A DNA stretch of 64,000 nt from Octopus vulgaris (Eukaryota): positions 110,050,001-110,114,000 of the forward strand of contig OX597818.1 of the NCBI GenBank assembly GCA_951406725.2. Direction: 5' to 3'. The notes beneath the pieces were generated by a model. It was given only the letters and a program-made list of their open reading frames with translations, searched no databases and had not been told where the DNA came from. Made by a program: the position numbers and the translations under genes. Positions 55,324-64,000 of this stretch are shown in pieces; position 1 is the stretch's first letter, and each line of letters opens with the position of its first letter.

Positions 55324-55327
<4 letters not shown>
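54868..55327 (+). mobile_element. SINE family A, full length
   Basis: Collinear with 41191-41613. Confidence 0.9.
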
Positions 55328-55355
<28 letters not shown>

Positions 55356-55356
<1 letters not shown>

Positions 55357-55530
55357 GTTACCACATGTGAATCGTTGGCGATTTTTTCTCCTCCGTCTTC
55401 CTTTTCTATTGGACTTTGCTCTGTTTCTGAAGAAGAGCCTTGCTCGAAACGTAAAAACCACCTTTCTTTCCTACTCTGAGCGTCTGCTAATACTTTACAT
55501 GTACCACGTCCTCACGTTGTCGTACTTCTT
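55356..55530 (+). mobile_element. ~175-bp repeat in (TA)n with an intact minimal hammerhead core at 55423-55458
   Basis: gttt-CTGAAGA-a-gagc ctt gctc-GAAA-C-GTA^aaaac. Confidence 0.75.
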
Positions 55531-55563
55531 TTTGTGTTTCTTCTTCCATTATATATATGTATA

Positions 55564-55646
<83 letters not shown>

Positions 55647-57472
55647 CTATGTATATGTATTTATATACATATATATTTGTTTGTATATGTGTATGTGTAT
55701 GCCTGTGTGTGCATGTGTGTGAGTGTCTGTATGTGTGTATGTGAATGCGGTCATCTACAAATATTGATAAAGTGATGCACTTTAAATAGATGATAGGTGG
55801 ATGTATTTATACACATGCCAAACTCTCAAAGTCATTTTAGAATTATTTATCATAAACGAAAGAGTACTATATACTTAACACGCTACTCGTGTTGTTGTTG
55901 CCGTTGTTATTGTGTTCGTACAATTGACAGCGGGGGGGGGGGTGAGGCGTATGATAATGATTGTACCGTCGTGATGTTTGTGATATTTTAAGTGATATTG
56001 GACTTCATGGTGGTATCGGTTTGATGATGGAGATGGAGTTTGTGATATCCAAGGTGACTGCATTGGCGATGGTTTGTCGATAGAAAACGGACAGAAATAC
56101 TAGCAGTTTATAGTACAGTTCCGTAATACTGGCATGATAATGGTGGCGTCGGGGAAGGTGTTACGGTCTCAATCAGTTGGATGGTGTGTTGGTATTGAAG
56201 GAGAAGAGCTAGTAATGAAATTGATGCTGCGGTATTGAGATTGATGTGGTGGCATGGCTTACAAATAGCCAATGTAATGTAATAGTGTTAATAGTCAATG
56301 TAATATAGTGGTGTGAAGATGTGGTAGAACTAATAGTAGTGTTCCAACGAGTGTTCCAACTGATTCGATCAATGGTACAGCCTGCTCGTGAAACTAACAT
56401 GCAAGTAGCGGAGCACAGCACAGACATTCGTACCCTTAACATATCTGTCGGAGATTCAGTGTGACAAAGAATGTGACAAGGAGGGGCTGAAGGATGCAAC
56501 GTACCGCAAGGAATCGAACTTACGACCTTACGATCGTGGACCGAATCATGTAACCACTAAGCCACGCGCCTTCACAGTGTATAAATTGTATTCGTACTGG
56601 TTGGTGCTGAAGACAGTGAGGGCTTATTTATTGTAGTAATGTATATTATATATTGGTGTGGTGTTGCTGAAACTGGTGGAATTAAATGAATATAATGGTA
56701 CAGGTATTAGTGTGATGGCATTAGAAGTGGTGGTTGTAATGGAGGTAGGGAGGTGGCCTGCACAGTGATGATGGCTATTGAAATGTGGTATTTATAGCGA
56801 TGATGGTTGGGGTGCATATGCTGGGATGACGTACTGGCTGTGTTGGACTGTTCGTTGGATATGTACCTTTGGCGGATATTTGCTTAATCACTTCAAAAGC
56901 AACATCAAAAACAGAAAAATTACACAAACTAAGAACAAAAACAGAAATAAAAAATTGGAAACCAACAATGTCAAAATATATAACACCCCAGCCCGTCTCC
57001 CAAGGAAAAATAATCAAACAACCCCGCTCACCTTACAGATATTATCAGGCATTATAAAATAAGATATGAAAGAAATAAAAGTAAAACTAAGTGAGGAACA
57101 GTGAGGAATATAGAAGCAGTAAGTATTTGTAATTATCGATCGTATTAGCGATGACTGTAGGTTCATAGCAGAAGAAAATTTAAGAAAAAAAAATCTGTAA
57201 TGTTAAAAGCTGAAAATTGTGGTGGAGTGGTAAAGGACTGGAGGAGAGGAAATAAAACGATTGCCAATATTGAAGACTATGATGGAATACTTAGCAAGGG
57301 AAACCTTATGCCCTGGCACGCTTTACCGTTATTTCGAATATTCCTTGATTTTCTTAGATTGCAATATTTTCTCCCTCTCCGCCTACTCCTCCTACTCCTC
57401 CTCCTCCTTATACCATAAAAGCGATCAATCTATCCGTATATCTATCGATCTAACTACTTACCTATCTATCAA

Positions 57473-57554
<82 letters not shown>

Positions 57555-57881
57555 GTTATCAATGTATCTACCAATCTATCTGTGTGTCTAAGTATATGTA
57601 TATAGAAACACACACATACACATGCGTACATGTAATTACGCATGCGTACACATACATAAATACACCCACAAACATACACGCACACACACACACTCACACA
57701 TATATATATATATATATCTTCAATATGAGCACTGACACACATACTCACACACATGCAACTTAGAAACACATTATTGCTGAAGTCGCGAATATGCCGGAAC
57801 TGATACTTGATAGAAATATCTTTAGGTAAGGTTTCTGTGATTTATCACCACCACCACCACCACCGCCACCACCACCACCAA

Positions 57882-57913
<32 letters not shown>

Positions 57914-57915
57914 CT

Positions 57916-57947
<32 letters not shown>

Positions 57948-58333
57948 GACTACTACCCTTACCGAATCATTCAGGTCTCCACGATCAATATTACAGTTGA
58001 AAAGGATATAGTGACTCCGTAGTGCTACGCTCAATAAATAATTAAATAACTTTTACACATTCAGAGAAGCATTCGCCGCAAACAGGGTCAATTTAGAAGC
58101 CTCTAGTTACTATATTTACTTATTTGAAATAGCTGTCTAAACTCCCCCACAGTTTACAAGCATAGCTATGTGGTTAACAAGTTCGATTAGCCACAGCAAA
58201 GCTCCGAGTTCTGTACCACAGCGCGGAGCTGTAGGTAAATGTTGTTTACAGTTGTAATGAATCAACAAATAATTTATGAACAGAATTTACAAGGCGAAAC
58301 TGTACTTATACATAAGTACATATACACATATAG

Positions 58334-58512
58334 TGGAGGGAAAATGGCCCAGTGGTTAGGATAACGGATTCGTGGTCGTACGATCGCGGTTTCGATTCCC
58401 AGACCAGGCGTTGTGAGTGCTTATTGAGCGAAAACATCTAAAGCCCCACAAGGCTCCGGCAGGGAATTGTGACGAACCCTACTGTACTCTTTCACCACAA
58501 CTTTCTCTCTCT
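58334..58512 (+). mobile_element. SINE family C, 5' part
   Basis: Matches 38519-38700. Confidence 0.85.
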
Positions 58513-58949
58513 CTCTATATATATATATATATAGTGAGGGCGATACTCTGAATAGCATTAAGTAAAAGTGCTTTTCAAGACAGTTCCTTTTCCATTTTAT
58601 TATATCCGTGTTACCAACGTTTTTAAGGATATTTGACTTAGATCGTCACTTTCTATGGAAATGAACTAGTTTATGCAAAATCGCAATACAAATTCCCCAT
58701 TTATTTTTCCAAACAAATGTTTTATGTAAAGTCATATAATTTAGAATTGTATGTAATCCTAGCTAAACGTTTGAAAAGAAAATTTTGAATTTTAAAAATA
58801 TTTGACGTAAAAGTTTGTTCACTAAAAGCTATTTTGTTCCAATGTCTCTGAAGCATTTTGCTTCTAAATTTTCAGTAAGTGGGAGTTGGTGAAAATTGTT
58901 TGAATAATAAGAAATGAAAGCGAAGAAAAAATGGGCGAATATGATATAA

Positions 58950-60060
58950 CCTTCTTGCTGTAGATTTGTTGCTATATGTAATGTAATGTCACTACGAAGC
59001 CATCACAGCAAAGAGTGTACCTTTCGAAGAAAAAATAAACACAACCCGGAAAATAAGCGTATAATATATTATATGAATACGAAAGATGAAGGATATGTTT
59101 GAAAGATGTTAAACTGAAGATGTATTATATAAGAAATGTTAGCAATTGTAATACGAGGTATTACAATTAGTAAGAAAATATGGAAATCTAAATTATAAAA
59201 GAAATTCTTACCACGATTCCTGAAAACGATTCAGATATTTGAAAATTGGTTCCTCTTAATAATGATACTGTATGTGGTTATATTAGTGAATTGGAAAAGG
59301 ATATTTTTCGAGAATTTAGAATTTAACTACAAATTAACCACTTAAGCGATATGGAATCCTGTGAAACTCACACTACACCTTTTATGACAATTTGACAGGT
59401 TAGTCTAGTGATAGGAATATTTAATCTATTCGTGGTTCATTGTTTAATGTATCAGTAACTCCATATTCTTAAAGGTCACCGTTAATCTAGCTTCAGTGAT
59501 TTTTACTGTTAAGAAAACTGAAGATCAGGCCTTAACATTAGGTTATTCCGCCAACCATATTGGCGGTTATGAAAAAAAAAAACATTTCACGATTACTGAG
59601 AGTTTGTAATCTGTAAACACACTTCTCAGAGCCACAACAATTAAAGAATGATTTTGAAATTAGATTTAAGGACTTCAATGAAATTAGAATGTTCTCTATT
59701 GAATTTAAAAATAAACCTTTACGGGCAAAACAGAATAAAACATTGATTTACAGGGGACAATACTTAGGAAATAAGGAGGAAGTAAAGACGATTTTCTTTT
59801 AAACTTAAGGTTTATTGTGAAATATGAGCAAAATGCATAAAATCTCTGTTTTTGAAAAGAGTCAAGTTATTGTTTGTTGCTAATGCATCATATCATCTAT
59901 CGGAGACAGAATTTAGCGATGTTATCGAAATTCTAACCGAGTAACCAAAAATAGAACCCGAAATTATGTCCACATATTGTAAATTTGTTCGGACAGCAGC
60001 AACAAAGACCTGACATTTGAATTATTCGAATTTTAATGATATTAATAAACAATATGCGCT
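58950..60060 (+). mobile_element. decayed hAT (Buster/Charlie-like) transposase fossil
   Basis: Remnant motifs in the expected order: VPLNNDTVCGYISELEKDI (cf. LSnnTvxRRIxxm) at 59249, LKNDFEIRFKDF at 59641, LLFVANASYHLSETEFS (cf. hAT dimerisation PFxSTYLCExxFS) at 59867. Many stops; boundaries approximate. Confidence 0.6.
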
Positions 60061-60912
60061 ATCTTAATTATTCATATTTTAATCATAATAAAGGAGATAC
60101 GCATTCTTAATCATTATATGCTAATCATAAAAACTAATCAATATCTGTTATCTTAATTATTCTTATATAATCATAATAATAAATTATGTACATTTATCAG
60201 TAAAATAACAAGCCTGTTTATATTATAAATTCCATTAGAATCATTTCTTTTAAATATATAAGGGTAAAAGCTGATGTATTGATAAGTATGAAGGAAGTTT
60301 AGATGGACGACGGGCTGAACAAGGAAACACGGCTCTAAACATACAAGTACACACACTCACATACACATTCACATACACACACGTAGACCTACATGTAATT
60401 TTATACGTACCTATTTGTTATTTAAGCTCAATGTGTGACACTGATATATCAGAGCGCAAAACAAACCGATAAAGTATAAAATTGGGGGAAATCAATAACT
60501 GAAGAAGAAACATCGTTTTATATTTGTCTAAAGAGAGATTTTCAACTTGATCTGAGTAAAGAATAAAGTAGGATATTTAAATAAGTTGTTGCAATACCTT
60601 AACGATTAAAGAAGAATGTATAAAGAGAACCATCATTTCAAATTATCTGATGAGTGACGTACGTGATTCTGGACAAGAAACTAGAGAGTTTGTTGTAATC
60701 CCACTTATCTGTTGGTAAAGCAAGGCAGAAAATAAACTAATTCTTAAAGTGATAATTTGTTGTCAACTTAATGTGACAGTCCCATGAAAGTGAAGAATGC
60801 TACTGTTATTTAGCCCAAGGAAACAACGTTTCCTGTTGGACTTGACACATTTCCTGTATCCTTAAGTTTTCAAACAGGGGAGATAAGCACCTCCACCCAG
60901 CAAAGCCAGCAA

Positions 60913-60953
60913 CCAGAGACTAGTTTCAGAGTCATTGCCCTTCATCAGTCTGG
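60913..60953 (-). ncRNA. compact canonical type I hammerhead ribozyme motif
   Basis: ccaga-CTGATGA-aggg caatga ctct-GAAA-C-TA-GTC^tctgg. 5-bp stem I, palindromic stem III actagt, GUC site. Confidence 0.8.
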
Positions 60954-61854
60954 AGTAGCTTGACTTGCTAGCTGTCGATGCCTATTTACCTTTGAAAACA
61001 TATATATTTCGAGTGAAATACATTCACTGATTCTTGAAGTTAGAAATAATACATTTCTAAATCTCTCAGATTTGTGCAGTAGCTGCACGATAAAAATGAA
61101 TCTCGATTTCATGTTTCATTTTAAAGAAGGGATATTAAGAAAGTTTACAATTTCAGTGGACGCTTTGTCGGATTGCACAAGCGCGTACAAGCTTCAAGAT
61201 TTAAGAGAAAGTCACGTCGTAATTTGAGCACCGAACAAACTGCTCAACAAAATTCCAAACACCAACACTTATCGCAATAAATGCTTACTGTAAAGAAGAA
61301 AAAATGTGATGCTAATTGAAACACTCATTTATTTAATTCAGGTTTCAACATTAATTTATTTGACGAAACTAGAACTCTTGAAATACTGAGGTAGGAAGCA
61401 ATATCTCAATACAACGAGTTATAAATCGTTAAAGCGGAGACATGAAACCTCATCCATGCGATAGCATTAAACTGAGCGACAGATGAGGTCTGTTCCAACT
61501 TCCGGCAGTTAGATTTCTTATCTTTTAGGAAATCCGTTGTCTATTTACAGCTTCTCTCCAAGCGTGAATAATCTTCACACACTTCAGTTTACATTCGATC
61601 ATGAGAATGATTCAAGCTATTGGAGGGTTTCAAGACTTTCAACTCATAATTAAATATTCGACATTGAAGACGTCAAATGAAATATCATTGCTTTATTAAC
61701 TCTTCACTCTTCACAGGAAACATCACTTTTTCTATTACATATGTTTAATCTTCGACAGACAACCAAATACACGCCCCCACCCCATCCCGCCATGCATATA
61801 TTTATATTCCTCAAGAAAGTCTCTTACAAATATTATCACCATCTCCACCACCAC

Positions 61855-61887
<33 letters not shown>

Positions 61888-62046
61888 TATCATCATAATT
61901 ATTGTCATTATCCTCATTCATTTCATCTCTCTCAGGTTTGCTTGTCTATTCTGTTTATCCGAACTAAAAGGTAAACTGATACAGGCTGCTTATATGCGAT
62001 TCAAACGTCTGTTTCGGCGAGACAGACATATAAATAAGACTGCCAT

Positions 62047-62241
<195 letters not shown>

Positions 62242-62684
62242 GTGAATAATGATTACTGAAAGGAGCGAAGAAGAATTTAAGCAATTGCACTGCGAACCAA
62301 TACAGACGATGGAATAAATAAATATTCAACATTTGCTTGGTGCAACAGATTTTTAATCAAAGAGTCTATTGATTTTTCTCTCCTCGGTGAGACGCTATAT
62401 TTTCTGCAAGAAACAGCAACAACTAAAAGACCAGTTAAAATAAAATTCATAGCTGTGCTATAAAGAACAACAATAACATCAAGAAGTAATCTCATATATT
62501 GGATATTAAGTTTGAGGTTTTAGAAAAAGAAAAATGGCGGTTGTGACGCTCAATGCCTTTTTGTGAAGGTCTTGGTAATGTAGGTGGCATCAAATGGTAC
62601 CAAGGAAGAGGTAGAGATAACTTGTGTGAAATCTGTCCACGTTGAATTTGGTATTTAAACCACCGAAACAATCCATTTACTGGA

Positions 62685-62845
62685 TGTCAGCACCTGACTA
62701 GTTCTGTTTTTTATTTTTTTATTATCTATTCTGGTAGAATGAAAAGCGAAATTGATTTGGATGGAGTTTAAATTCTGAAGGAAAAGAAACGTTAATATAT
62801 GCCACAACACCTTTTGTCCGATGCTCAGCCGATTCCGCAATTCAA
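62685..62845 (-). mobile_element. old SINE family B remnant
   Basis: gaatgaaaagcgaaattgatttgg...cgatgctcagccgattccgcaa. Confidence 0.5.
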
Positions 62846-64000
62846 TCCACCGGCCTTGCTCAGATCAATAAAAACCATTGAGTTTTTGCTAGTCACAATC
62901 ATACAGATTTAGAAAGGATAGACAGACATGATTGTATAAACCCATCCACGAATGGAATATTTACTTTTTACCAAAAGGTGGACGGCGATGCGATCTCGAT
63001 GAATTTGTGTTTGAAAGCTTAGAGATGTTGTCAAGACAGGTGATGATTTAAATTAGCCCTTCACTGCACGGACACATCTTGACACATTTATCATAAAATT
63101 AACGATTTCTTTGGACACTACAACAGGCCAATGTTTATAAGAATCATTTATAGAGGATTGATTGTCTCTGGTGACTTGTCTTCTTTTATATTGTAGACAA
63201 TTAATCGTGGGTAATGATACTGAAGATGTGTAGGCTGTGAGAAGCATTAGAGAATCGAACAGGTCACCTTGCTAGGTTTAGCTACGACATTTTACGTTCA
63301 AGTCCTGTTGAGTACAGATTTGTCTTTCATAGTTCCGAAGTCGATAAAAAATAATCACCAGCCGAGTACTGTGACAGCGATATTACCGATTGCATATGCC
63401 TCACAATCAAAAGGTTATTTCCCCCCCTAACGCCGGTTTATTACTTTTCAGCAAGTTAAGCACCACATGTAACTGATTCTACTTATAATCCCTACGATCG
63501 TGGATAAATAAGCGATAACTGAAATGTATCTGGTTTCAGCCGGTTTCGATCTTTTAAGACATTTATCCCGATATCATTTTGTTTTCAGACAACATAACAA
63601 TCTTTCTCACACGACAATAGTTATTCGTTATCGAGACACCAGATTTTAGTCAAGTTTAATGTTGATGAGACTATTCGAAATAACATTACGGCTGAAAGAG
63701 AAACAGTTAAAACATGAAATCTAAATTTATTTCATGATTTTCTGCTGGTTATTAAAAGCTTCGCTAAGACGCGCCATGCAACTAAACATCGCTTTCCCAC
63801 CACACACACACACACACACACACATACATATATTGTTTTTAATCAGCCGAAATAAACAGAAGCAGCTTAAGGGTCGAGAGATGTTTTCATAACATCCTGG
63901 CGATTAATTATAAAACACATACATATGTGTATTTTATAAATAGAAGACATAAAAATAAGAATAAACCAATAAAACCGCTTGGAATAGATATAATATATAT

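Overview
AT-rich, microsatellite-saturated animal genomic DNA. The SINE families and (TA)n/(TACA)n/(AAT)n load look like an octopus/cephalopod genome (inference from recalled repeat families, not a search). Almost all listed ORFs are microsatellite or repeat artefacts. Real content: (i) three phase-0 exons of an unidentified minus-strand gene (28889-28969, 18731-18907, 4335-4610); (ii) decayed transposons (R4/Dong-like RLE LINE, a TIR-to-TIR mariner, Tc1 and maT-like fragments, a hAT fossil, a Helitron-like element, MITEs); (iii) many tRNA-derived SINEs. The most notable signal is a dense set of hammerhead-ribozyme (HHR) motifs in several unrelated non-coding repeat families (Penelope-like/retrozyme type). 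These include a young 560-bp HHR-bearing multimer (~3.8 units, 15811-17951) inserted with twin-priming-like inversion geometry, a palindromic HHR element with a 17-bp target-site duplication, an HHR with a 9-bp pseudoknot, and a possible type-II-order HHR family. There is also a SINE-derived ~32-bp minisatellite ending in a fold-back, and an element found only in (AAT)n tracts. All RNA folds were paired by eye and none is computed or tested.
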